Positions 52,428 to 64,000 of a stretch of 64,000 nucleotides of DNA are shown piece by piece. Both the position numbers and the translations under genes were made by a program. The DNA comes from Octopus vulgaris (lineage: Eukaryota): positions 48,732,001 to 48,796,000 of the forward strand of contig OX597825.1 of NCBI GenBank assembly GCA_951406725.2, given 5' to 3'. Numbering within the stretch: the first letter of the stretch is position 1; each line of letters opens with the position of its first letter. The notes under the pieces were generated by a model. The model was not told where the DNA came from, searched no databases, and worked only from the letters and a program-made list of their open reading frames with translations.

Positions 52428-54546
52428 GCGTATTGTCGAGAGTTGTTACCAGTATTTGAGTATAACGATTTGCGAGGACATTATTATCATCCGTTATATC
52501 GTACGTCGGACATGCGATACAACAAATAGTCACATTCATAGAAGGATATAGACACACATTAATGCTGTACACGACCAATTCTTAATTCATTAAAATTTTC
52601 ATGGTACAGAATAACGGTATTTTAATGCATGAGAAGGGAAGATAATTTCAAGAAATAAGAAATAAAAACTCAATCAATTAACATTTTATGAAAATATACA
52701 CATCTTTATCAAAATTTTCCAATACTGATATGTTGATATTATTATGGTATATTTCAGGATATCTAGTATCACACCCTTACCCTAACACATGCATTTAAAA
52801 AAATACAAGACGACATGTTATTATGAAGGTACATTCGTTATTATATTGCGTATTAGAAATTCGCACGACAAAGAACTTTCCAAAATATCTCAATATATAT
52901 ATTAATACTAAAATCATAAAAATCAATAGGACAGATAATAGGTTATCATACAAATCTGCCTTTACCCGAGACACAGCGCATTAAAAGCTATTGCAATGTT
53001 ACCGAAACATATTGTGGAGCCGTTATATTTGACATGTTTTCTCATTATTCAATCTCCACTATAGTCTTTTATATAGTCTATTTTTAGAAAATGTCATTAA
53101 CATTTATCTTCGTAGATTTACAGCACCACAATTCCATGCACTTCTATTTAATAATAATTCCTTGTTACGACACTGCAGAGTCGAATACAATATAATGGCT
53201 GCGGTTGGCGAGACACGTCATCTATCAGAATCAAATTAGTTTTAGTCAAGATAACAATCAACAAATGCTGCCAATATTTTCCATATTTATATGCATATTT
53301 TTGCTGCTATTTTGTATAATGTTGTTGCTTATTGATATCTAGAGTTGTCTTTGTGATAGCATGAAAGTGTTTTGGTAACTGAGCCTAAAGTTTTAACTGT
53401 TACCTCTCTCCATACTCCTGAAAGATGTTGGATTTAGAGTTTTCAAATACTGTCGCTGTTATTGTGGTTCTTTTCTGGGTATAAATTGTTCTTTATTTGA
53501 TGATGCAGACTATTTGGATACTACGATGAAATAATTGATCGGTTATTTTATAGTACACTTTCAACAACATTTTGTTACTTCTCTGATAACTGGAGTATAT
53601 ATTTGAAAAAAGAAATTCTAATATTGGCGTTTTCTTTATTCAGAGCAAGTAACTTACCGCCATTGTCACACTCCCAACTTTCTCAATGTAAAGTCAATAT
53701 TGGTTAGTGCATTGCTCTCCATCGGGGTATCTCACCGCAAATATTTGCTCAACAAACTCTAACAGATTCTTCTGCACATTTGTATCTGTCCAAGAGATAA
53801 GTGGCACGTTATCTTTTATTATTCCCTTTATAATTATTCTTCACAGCCCGCTTTTTCAGCTATTGTTATTTCTTTCTCGCCAAAAACAAATTTTCCATGG
53901 GCTCCAGTAATATTGATTCGCTCTTTTTGACAAATTACTCGGGTGAAAAGTTTATTATAAAGCTTCATGTTAAGATGGCATAGAAAACAATGAGAAATGA
54001 AACAAAACATTGATAGAATAAAACTATCCGGACGGTGGAGTTGAAATACTCATTTAATAATATAATGCTAAAACCATTTCCTATTACGAACTGATTTCTC
54101 GATTTCATAACGTTTAAATGAAAAATATAATTTTCCAATTCACAAGAAATGAGATCATAGTTTTGTAAAGAATTCACTACATCCTAATTTCCCAGAAAAT
54201 GTTAGATAGAAGGCAAATGTCATTGAATATATATATTCTGTCATAATAGTTTGTGGGAAATACATCACAAGATGCTGCTGTTATCTACTTTGGTCCAGCT
54301 TTGATAAACTTCAATGATTCCAGACATATAATGATCTATTATGGTTCTATAACTTTGAAAGGTGGTTTCGCTGAAGCATTGATGTGTTTGTAGTTTTACC
54401 AACACACATTCACACACAATGATGCTCATATCACACACAAAGACATACATAAATTCATAAATGTGCTCATGACGCAGCCACGCATATGTATGTCAATGTG
54501 TATGTATGTATGCGCATGTATATACATACATACATATATATATATG

Positions 54547-54612
<66 letters not shown>

Positions 54613-54688
54613 CATATAAATATATGTATATACGCATGCATACATATATAATATAATATATGATATGATACAATATAATATAATAAAT

Positions 54689-54741
<53 letters not shown>

Positions 54742-55216
54742 CATGTATGTTTGCATATATGTATCATTTGAAGTTACATAATGCGGCCTGGATATCACGA
54801 AAGATGGGATTGAAATGATTACAAAATGGCTGCTTTGTATAGAGAAGACAGTGAATATATAAAGTGGAGACAAGATGATAGATATAAAACACTAAATACA
54901 AAGTCACGGTGGTTCAAAAATCCGGTGGCCTTTACCATTAGATATAAAATAACTTTACATTGTTATTGTACAATCGTATATATAGATTAGCATATAGTAT
55001 ATAAGTTTTGAAAATTAGATAGAAACTGAATTGAAATGTTATATATATAATTATATATATATAATTTCAGTAAAACAATTAAGATTCAAGTGAGTTCCAA
55101 TGAATTCACATGAATGTGGTACTTAACTTAGCTTCACCAGAAATCTTTATGGTATTAACCATAAAATAATGTGGGGTGATTATAAACAAGAAAAAAGCAA
55201 CAAGAATGGATTAGTT

Positions 55217-55307
55217 GTTCAGTACAATTGTTTCATACGAAGAACAGATTTATTAAAAGCTGTAAAAATTGCAACAAATACAAGCGTCCTGTATTCATCA
55301 GCCAAAA
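55217..55307 (-). ncRNA. Type I HHR, intact core (sense 3' terminus of the PLE)
   Basis: uuuugg-CUGAUGA-auac..guau-GAAAC-aauu-GUA-cugaac. Confidence 0.75.
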
Positions 55308-56220
55308 CACATATGAGTTTTCCAAACATCCTATGGGGTGAGGCTACACTCATGAAGTATCGAAGAGAGTTCTATGAAAAGCAAAAGTTAGATTGTAAGC
55401 AGACTTAAAATGTTTTCTAATGATGTACAGTTTTATAAAAGGTTCTAAACAGGTACAGTTAGAAAGAAAGAACACCAGTGGAAGAGCTCACAGATATCTA
55501 TTTAAGATATATTAGAGTTTAGTTTTTTTAGTAAATACAAGATAGACCTAGCTCTATACGATTATTCTATACGATTTTTAAAAAAATATTTAAGAGTCTT
55601 GATTTTTGAGTGAATACAAGATGAACCTAATTCGATACGGTTATTAAAAAAAATTTTTTTTCTATGCTTTAAAATTTCATATGTCTTCCATGGAGCAGAG
55701 TTGGCAACCTACCCTGTTATTTCTATAAGGCATCGCTCTTCTAACTATTTCCCAATTAAGGTTATATTTAATATTATTACTTTTGAGTTCCCAGATCTTA
55801 CTGGAAAGTGTGGTGCAGCCAGCTTTATGACGTAACTTAAAAGAGGAGATATGTTTGTTTAAATTTTATAGTACAACCCCAATAAAAAAAAATTGTTATT
55901 CTCAGTAGTTATGGTACATTTATAGATTACGTTGTGGACCCCACACATACCAGGTTCCGGGCATTTTGACTTAATCCTACAATTACACCTAGGGGGATCA
56001 TCTTCAGATTTAGAATTATTTAGGGATAGATATCTCATATTGCTGCTATTCAGATAATTATGAGTATAATTATCGTTATTATAGGTAATGTTGTTATCTA
56101 AAGCTGTGTTATCATTTATCGATCCGCTTACACTATCATTTAGCTCTATAGCCATATCATAATTACCCCCATTATTGGTATTAGCCTCACTCCCTAGGAT
56201 GTTTGGAAAACTCATATGTG

Positions 56221-56311
56221 TTTTGGCTGATGAATACGGGACACTTGTATTTGCTGCAATTTTTGCAGCTTTTAATAAATCTGTTCTTCGTATGAAACAA
56301 TTGTACTGAAC
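56221..56311 (+). ncRNA. Type I HHR, intact core (inverted pseudo-LTR copy)
   Basis: CTGATGA 56227-56233, stem II atacgg/tcgtat, GAAAC 56294-56298, palindromic CAATTG, GTA 56303-56305. Confidence 0.78.
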
Positions 56312-56339
56312 AACTAATCCATTCTTGTTGCTCTTTTCT

Positions 56340-56372
<33 letters not shown>

Positions 56373-56376
<4 letters not shown>

Positions 56377-56587
56377 TCTTTTACTATTTTACTTGTTTCA
56401 GTCATTTGACTGCGGCCATGCTGGAGCACCATCTTTAATCGAGCAACTCGACCCCGGGACTTATTATTTTGTAAGCCCAGTACTTATTCTCTTTTGCCGA
56501 ACCACTAAGTGACGGGGACATAAAAACACCAGCATCGGTTGTCAAGCAATGCTAGGGGGACAAACACAGACATACAAACACACGCAC

Positions 56588-56626
<39 letters not shown>

Positions 56627-56766
56627 TACGATGGGCTACTTTCACAAGGCTTTGGTCGGCCCGAGACTATAGTAGAAGACACTTGCTAAGGTGCCACGCA
56701 GTGGGACTGAACCCGGAACCATGTGGTTGGTAAACAAGCTACTTACCACACAGCCACTCCTGCGCC
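56373..56766 (-). mobile_element. Near full-length tRNA-derived CORE-SINE with internal (TA)/(TG) tract
   Basis: Head GGCGCAGGAGTGGCTGTGTGGTAAG..GGTTCAGTCCC, CORE-like CACCTTAGCAAGTGTCTT, tail GACTGAAACAAGT then (AAAAGAGT)-type repeats. Confidence 0.9.
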
Positions 56767-58255
56767 TATATATATATGCATTCCAGACAAATAGGTAACA
56801 ATATTCTATAAATTATTTAGAAATATATAACAGCGTTATATATACCAGATAAAAGTACATATATAATAGTCAGTCCGACGATGGCTTAGCAGCCCTAAAC
56901 TTCGAGGTCACTGTCAACAATATTCTTGTTTAAAAATACATAATAATCGTCAATGTATCATAATGTAAATACATAATTGAAAAGTAAATTTACACATCCC
57001 AGCAACGGCTCATGAGAATGTCAATGGCATGTGCTCACAGCTGAAACAACAATGTATTGGCAGAAGACAGTGCACCAATAACAAACCATTGAGTTTGAAT
57101 TCTTTTCCTCCCGCATATTAGTGAGGAACATGTTAATTTACTTTCTTCTAAATGAACAGTTCAATCACAGTAGATGTTTACGTCTAGAATAATCGGGAGC
57201 CTCTAACTATTATCTGGGATGGTTGCTTCTATTAATGTGTAACAAAATATCACATTTCCATTCAATGTTTGCGATGAGAATTACACATTCACCCAAGTAA
57301 ACAGCCACACACATACACTCATATAGGATGTGCGTTTATGTGTCTGTGAATGTATTTTTAGAGTACAATGGGCTCATGTATATATGTATATATCAAATAC
57401 ATTTTGAAGCGAAACAGAGGCGAATATGGAGAATATAATATTCTTGTTTTCTAACCATCAATTTTCTAAGATAATTACTTGTAAACATTACTAATGAGAT
57501 AACTTCCCATTCTTTACTCTACACGTCTCCCTTGTTCACATCTATATTTTCTAATTCAGTAAAGCGTTATGCCTAATTAGGAATCCCCATTTTGTTCAGT
57601 TGCAGCTCAGATTAAGTTCTTTTGGCGCCAGCCCTGATCTTATGAGACTCCTTATTGTTTAAAAGAACATGGATTCATACGCATTACTATTTTTTGTCTT
57701 ATAACTATTTATTCATTCAATAAGAAAATTTAAAATGTGACATTCAATTCATAATAGATATATGTTATTTATATCTTAAACGAAGCAGCTATGGCACTCA
57801 TAATGTAGGTCCACATCTGTATATATATATATATATATATACATAAAGTAAAAGAATAATTGACGGCTTAATGCAATTGTCTTAAAGAAATATATCAATT
57901 GCTATAAGAAAACAATTATTTAAGAGAAAAATGCATTAAAATAAGACCATTCCAGAAGTTACTTTTCGCTGAACAAATATAAATTTCTTACTCAGACACA
58001 ACATTGGTTTCAAGCGTTCATTCCATTAGCGGGAATCTGGTACAGTGCCTGGAATTTAAGTACAATGTGTGTGAACAATTTCTTCTCTCAAGAGCTTGGT
58101 ATGTCAGCCATCTAAAGTCTGATGAGCTGGGTAGAAATGGAGCTGCTTGGAAGTTGGTTCTACCGCCATGCACACCTTTGTATGAAAAAGAGTAATAGTG
58201 TCACATCTACGAGCGTTCTAGAAGAACGAAAGCTAGGCTTCAGTCATTGTGATGA

Positions 58256-58307
<52 letters not shown>

Positions 58308-58842
58308 ACACACACATATAATTCATAGATGAGATCCAAATGTTCTCCGTATAGAATACACTTATAGTACTCAAGAGATTTAAACTTGAGTGGGTATAGG
58401 AGTAAATGTAAGTATAAGTAAGTTAGATCAACGTATAAAGTGTATTAAATACATGGAATACAAAAATTGTATTTATGTTTACATACAAAAAGGTCCGACT
58501 TACACAGAATACAAAGGATATAGCAAATTAAAGGGGTTGAAGAAAAGTATTACAAATCAAGCTGTTGTTTCTGGGGGCTCAGTTGTCCAAAATAATGTTT
58601 GTAGATTGATTCCACTGTAGGATGGCATGAACCTCCGTCTTTTTGTATGGAAACATATATACATTTTTTTTCTTATCCCTACATTTACTTCTGTATATAT
58701 ATATATATCCCTTAAGTTCGTTTATGGAGAAACGTTTTTGCCTGTATTATTATGTTGGCTACGGCCTAGTGATTCCAACCTGCTTCAGCAGTTCTATGGG
58801 ATCGCACCGAGCTGTGCCGATATAACGAAGGATAATTATAGT

Positions 58843-58862
58843 AACAACAACAACAACAACAC

Positions 58863-58929
<67 letters not shown>
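58843..58929. repeat. (AAC)/(AAT)n microsatellite
   Basis: Direct reading. Confidence 0.96.
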
Positions 58930-59635
58930 CCGTAGATAGAATTTGTAAATATTTTAATGTATCACTACGTGCGTTTCCACAAATCACATGATTATTGTGA
59001 CCATAGTCCGCTTTCTTGGGATGATTACAGTATAATTTGGAATATTCATCCTCGCAACTGTTAAAACGGAAAAACCAAGACAGAATAAACAGCAAAGGAA
59101 CAGTTGTGAAGGTGAATGATAAAAGCTCCTCCATAACAGGAATGTCTCCAAACAGCACCACACCACTGGCAGTGCCAGTACAATCCACACCCGAGGAAAA
59201 TAAGAACACGGTTGCTGGAGAAAGAAGGCGTCTGAGCAGTAATAATAAATTCGTTAATAAGCAAAATTCACACACAAACACCGATGTGCACAACATAAAT
59301 GCAGGTGAGGAACAGGAAAACAATCCATTCAGAAAAGGTAAAATTAATACAAATTTAATAACACCTGCATGGTAAAGAACGTAATTTACAAATGTGAAGT
59401 GAAGAAAGGTGCACTAAAATATGCGTACATAAGTCTAACCGGAGACACCATGAAAAACCGGCTACGAAATCATCTTACGTCATTTTCCAATGATAACAAA
59501 AGTTACAGCACATCATTATCTAACGGAGGCTCAAACAGAATGGGATGGACATACAACTAAAAAAAAAAATGTTAGACCATACAATAAAACATCGCAAAGT
59601 GTAACTCTGAAGCAATGTTTATTTGAGATGAAATT
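58930..59635 (+). mobile_element. Decayed Penelope-like GIY-YIG fragment
   Basis: CMVKNVIYKCEV..YAYISLTGDTMKNRLRNHLTSFSND.KSYSTSLS, preceded by a long polar linker. Confidence 0.8.
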
Positions 59636-59639
59636 GATC

Positions 59640-60090
59640 TCTAGTCTTTAGTGGCCCATTTAGACAGTTTGAGATCTTTACTCGACTTCTGATTAGAATC
59701 TTCCTATCTTTGGTAATTATGTTTTTCTGTCGGTTTGGCATTCTCTCTGGAACAAGCTTACTACATGAGTAATACATAACTGTTATAGAGTGCTGTAGAT
59801 ATATGTCAATGTCTCGCGTAGAGAGACTGGTTGACAGGATTTATTTCATGATCTCTATCTGAATGCCATCAGCTAGAAAGGTGTTGGATGCTTCTAGTAA
59901 CCTGCATGTCTGTAGTTTTCTGTTGACCATACAGAGTTAGTTCTACTAAGTTAAGATGCGAGTGAATCATCAGCGTCACGTTAACAATTTGAATGAGCAC
60001 TGTGTTATTTCTGAAGCAGAGGTGCAGGAAAGTTTTCCCGCTCGTTTTTGTAAAAAATGTAAGAGGTTTGTTTAACCAACCCACCTAACT
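59640..60090 (-). mobile_element. CR1-group LINE APE C-terminal remnant
   Basis: KPLT....TFLHLCFRNN..LIQIVNV....HSHLNLVEL resembles PT..N.LDL.F.N..SDH. Confidence 0.45.
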
Positions 60091-60357
60091 ATAGAAAACT
60101 ATAATTTAATATCTTGAAATGACGATTATTAACTGCCATCATTGAAATGTGAGCTCACCTCTACCCTTTGTTTTATTAATAGAATTATTGTGGCGAGCGT
60201 CATCACTTTAGAATTTTTTTATCGAAACAAAATGTACAGTGAGGAACTGCTGAGCTGTAAAATGTGCCATAGTAGTAAAATGTGTCAGTGAAATACGAGC
60301 AGATGTTGAATACGCCAAGACAAGTAGAAATCTTTGAATCAATTGAAATAACAACGA

Positions 60358-60435
60358 AGGAAGAAGGAGAAGAAGAAGAAGAAGAAGAAGAAGAAGAAGA
60401 AGAAGAAGAAGAAGAAGAAGAAGAAGAAGAAGAAA
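60358..60435. repeat. (GAA)n microsatellite
   Basis: Direct reading. Confidence 0.96.
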
Positions 60436-60956
60436 AGGGAGAAGGAAAAAACAGAAGCGGCGCATAAAATTATGTAATCTAAATCAATCAATGATTGGTA
60501 CTTGCTGCCAGCCTATAAAACCAATATTTTACCAAATATAATGTGTTTCTCAATCTACCGTTTTGATTCTTTAATTAATTTCCTTTATTTCTCTTCGATT
60601 AGTTAACTTAATATTTCTTCATTATCAGTAATGATTGAGAACTAATCCCATCTTCAATTACCCAGAAATATTTAGGCGACGGAAAAAAATGATTAAAATG
60701 ATTATTCATTAAATGTTTCTTATGAAAAAATGATTTTTTTCTGTTTTAGTAAGCTCCTTGGACAATTGAAACCTCTCACTTGCAAGTGTCTTCTACATTA
60801 TAAAGCCAGAAATGACACTTAATTTTACACTCTGTGACTTGTCTACCAATATATGTTGAAAAGAGATTAAATTGATGCTATTGCAAGGAATGTGTCACTG
60901 TGAAATTAGACACTGTTTTGGGTTATCTTGCTTTAATAATGGTGATGATGATGATG

Positions 60957-61020
<64 letters not shown>

Positions 61021-61022
<2 letters not shown>

Positions 61023-61543
61023 CAGAAAAAAGATGGTATAGGCACACACCAGAAAAGGTCACAGAAAACGAGAAAGCAACCATACTCTGGGATATGCCGA
61101 TACACACAGATAGAGAAATTAAGGCCAACAGACCAGATATAGTTGTCAGAGATCATGAAGAAAAAAAATGCTTTCTAATTGATGTATCAATACCGGCAGA
61201 TGACAACGTGTCTCTAAAAGAAATGGAGAAACTTTCAAAATACAAAGACCTGGAAATAGAGGTAACCAGAATGTGGAATCTAAAAACAGAAACCATTCTT
61301 ATCATAGTAGGTGCATTAGGCATGATAAAAAATATTCAGATAAATACATAACAAAAACACCAGGACTTACAAACACATATAACATACAGAAAATTGCACT
61401 ACTAGGCACTGCACACATCCTACGCAGAACACTTTCCATACAATAACCATCAGAGCATCACAACAAATCACAGCACATACCTAAGGCACACAGAGCTGCG
61501 CTCGGTAGTGAAGTGAAAGCACGCTATAAAAATAGAACTACTG
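61021..61543 (+). mobile_element. Second young R4/Dong 3' fragment in (TAA)n
   Basis: Nearly identical to the reverse complement of 43471-44000; 1 nt shorter in an A-run at ~61330, giving a frameshift. Confidence 0.93.
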
Positions 61544-61547
61544 AATG

Positions 61548-61607
<60 letters not shown>

Positions 61608-61624
61608 TTCATTTCAATTATACG

Positions 61625-62158
61625 CATAATCCCTAAAATTTTGGGGAGGGTGCTACTCGATTACATCGACCCACTGCTAACTGGCATCTGAGTTCAAAAC
61701 ATAAAGAGCTGGAAGAAATGCCGTTATGGATTTTGTTCGGCGCACTAGCGATTCGGCCAGCTCGTCGTGTTAACAACAACGATTTTAATTATAATGGCTT
61801 CAGACTTTGGCACAAAGTCAGTAATTTCGGTGGAAGTGTAGGTCGACTGTATCGACCTCAGTGATCAACTGGTACTTATTTTATCGATCCGCAAAGATGA
61901 AGGGAGGAATTTGAACACAGATTGTAAAGACAGATGAAAAGCATTTTACCCGGCGTGCTAACGATGCTGTCAGCTCGCCGCCTTAATAATAATCTTCTCT
62001 ACTAAAATCACAAGGTTTGAAATTTGTGGTGAAGGGGCAAGGCAATTTCATCGAAACCAGTATTCAACTGGTACTTAATTTATCGACCCCGAAAGGATAA
62101 AAGGCAATGTCGACCTCGGTGGAATTTGAGCTCGGAACGTAGCGACTGGTGAAATACT
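61625..62158 (-). mobile_element. Three tandem Meta/MESC-like SINE copies
   Basis: Repeated atcgacc..caactggtactta.tttatcga..gaatttga blocks at ~61625-61772, 61800-61985 and 61995-62158. Confidence 0.8.
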
Positions 62159-62184
62159 CTAATAATAATAATAATAATAATAAC

Positions 62185-63450
62185 AAAAAAGATTGTTGAC
62201 GATACCCCCAGTCAATTTCTGCTTAACTAAATTGCTTACCCGGTCCCTGTAAGCCTTACGTGCCGGAAACGACATGTTCAGCTTCCAGTAACTGGGTCCA
62301 AGCTTACGCGTCTTATCTAGGCCGACCGTACAGATTACAAACTTATGGTCTGAATAGGCGACTGTTTTAAAACTGGACACCCTACAATGTTACTAGTGAA
62401 AATTCTATCTATTTACGATCTAGATGCTCCTAAGCGGTTGGTCCAGGTCCACACAGGCGCATTAGGGAAATCTCATCGGTACTTGATCAAATAGTTGGAA
62501 CTGTCTAATCAGGTGCTTGAGGCTTTTTCACCTCGCCTTTCTATCAGCTACTTCCACACAACCCCAACGTTGATCTACTAACAGTAAAGGGCAAGACGTA
62601 CCTAGAAAGGCTTCCAGCTGCCTTAAGAAACCTGGTCGTTTGGCTCCGGTAGGAGCGTAGATGGCCACCAGTCTAAAGACACTACCTTCACTGTTACTCA
62701 TGTACAGGGCCACCAACTTCCAGCCCGGGTCCCGGAAGATCGACTTTACCTCGAGATCCAGTTCATTCGTATACAGTAATGCCACTCCACCTCCCGGCTG
62801 ACTAACAGATGCAAGGATCCGATAGTCACCGAACTTGGGGGCCAATGCGCGTGTATTTGATATGCTGGTAACCCTGACAGCAGTTATATCCAATTCTTGA
62901 GACCTGAGGTCGTTGAGCAGGCGTTTCTGCTTCCAGTGTAATCACAGACCTCGCACATTTAAAAACCCTACTCTTAGTATGACCATGTTAGCAAGCTAAA
63001 TTGAGAAAAGAAAGGTTTACTTACCTCCCGATGTCTTGTGATGGTCGGGTGGTTCGACCTCCATAGTTGGTGGGGTCTTTTTAGGGAACCCCTTTAAGGG
63101 CATCGATGTCGGTCTCACGTTCAGGGTTGTACGTCCTCCGGAAAGCTATCTCGAATTTTTGTGTAGAAATCGAGCGACACTCGCACCAGTATATCTTCTG
63201 GTATGAAATGTGTTCGATTTGACGATCACCCCACCACTGTTTCAAATTCTGTGTTTTTGCGTTATGAGTGCCATCAGTTCCTCGTTGTCCCTTCTAATAA
63301 GTACGAAACTGGGTGTTTTGTGTTGATGATTAATTTGTTTGCTTGACTGCAGTGATGATGGTGTTGTTTTTGTTGTTTCTGTATGTGTTGTGAGTGCGAT
63401 ATCTGCAGTTTTAGATGTTTGTGTGAGTTGTCTGTTCCCGCTTAGGTTGT
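62185..63450 (-). mobile_element. Tx1/L1-clade LINE: ORF1 end plus ORF2 APE endonuclease, decayed
   Basis: ORF2 ATG at 62986: MVILRVGFLNVRGL..GGGVALL..RLVAIYAP..YSDHKFV..GPSYWKLN. Cut off at an (AAT)n tract. Confidence 0.88.
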
Positions 63451-64000
63451 TTGCGTTTGGAGGATTCTGGTGATAACGTGTTGCTTGTATTTACTGATAT
63501 ATCACATCAGCGGTGATACTGTAAGAAACTGTGAAATTAATGTTTCTTTTCATAGGTAGAATACTTCGTAAGAGATTCTATATAAAATGCTTAAATTGTG
63601 ACTAATTGAGTAACATACTATTACTGATTGGACAAGCTGTGACTGCTTTCTGTATGTTGGGAGTAGCAGATAAACGATTATATTGTTACATATATAGCTA
63701 TATGATCGAAGTCAGTAATCTGCGTTAATCTATTGAAATCCTATATCCAGTTAGATGGATGTTGCACTTCACATGCAGATTTTTAAGCCATAAAACAAGA
63801 AATATAATAATAGCAATGACGAAAAATGAAGACGTGTCTCAAACATGCCTGTATGGTGTTAACTAATGGAAAGGAGAGTTAGCTAGTTGTAATACTCGAT
63901 GTTCTAATGAGTTCTGTGTTCTGAAGCATATTTGATAAGATATGTTCATTAATAATAATCACAAATAAGGAAATCAAATTTAATAAAACTACATCTGGAC

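Larger units (their letters stand above)
55060..56342 (-). mobile_element. 5'-truncated Penelope-like element: GIY-YIG endonuclease, 3' terminus and inverted pseudo-LTR, in (TA)n
   Basis: CNCRIKSKCPEPGMCGVHNVIYKC../HISSFK..TTLSSKIWELK..NWEIV.RAMPY..CQLCSME..NNRIEL.SSCIH. 55186-55345 is inverted at 56183-56342. Confidence 0.92.

Noticed and set aside
58110-58245. CTGATGA with a distant GAAAGCTA
   Set aside because: Stem II does not close convincingly and the stem I register is off by one.

Overview
AT-rich, microsatellite-dense animal genomic DNA. The SINE families and repeat landscape point to an octopus or other coleoid cephalopod; this is inferred from recalled repeat families, not from a search. 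I found no intact host gene. The window is mostly transposon-derived: Chapaev-type and mariner DNA transposons, Helitrons, RTE, CR1/L2, R4/Dong and Tx1 LINEs, a Ty3/Gypsy 5' end, Penelope-like elements (PLEs) and tRNA-derived SINEs. The main signal is a recurring architecture of two inverted arms joined 5'-to-5', with their 3' ends running outward into (TA)n and most arms carrying a type I hammerhead ribozyme (HHR) motif. One instance carries a Penelope GIY-YIG ORF. Others are ORF-less ~480-560 nt monomers in tandem or circularly permuted, which suggests a (TA)n-targeted, PLE-mobilised retrozyme-like system. Also notable are a tandem ORF1-only L1/Tx1-like array punctuated by a repeated ~21 bp junction motif, an RTE with three C-terminal C2H2 fingers, and decayed ORFs of unknown family. 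All alignments and folds were done by eye, so boundaries are approximate unless exact motif positions are given.
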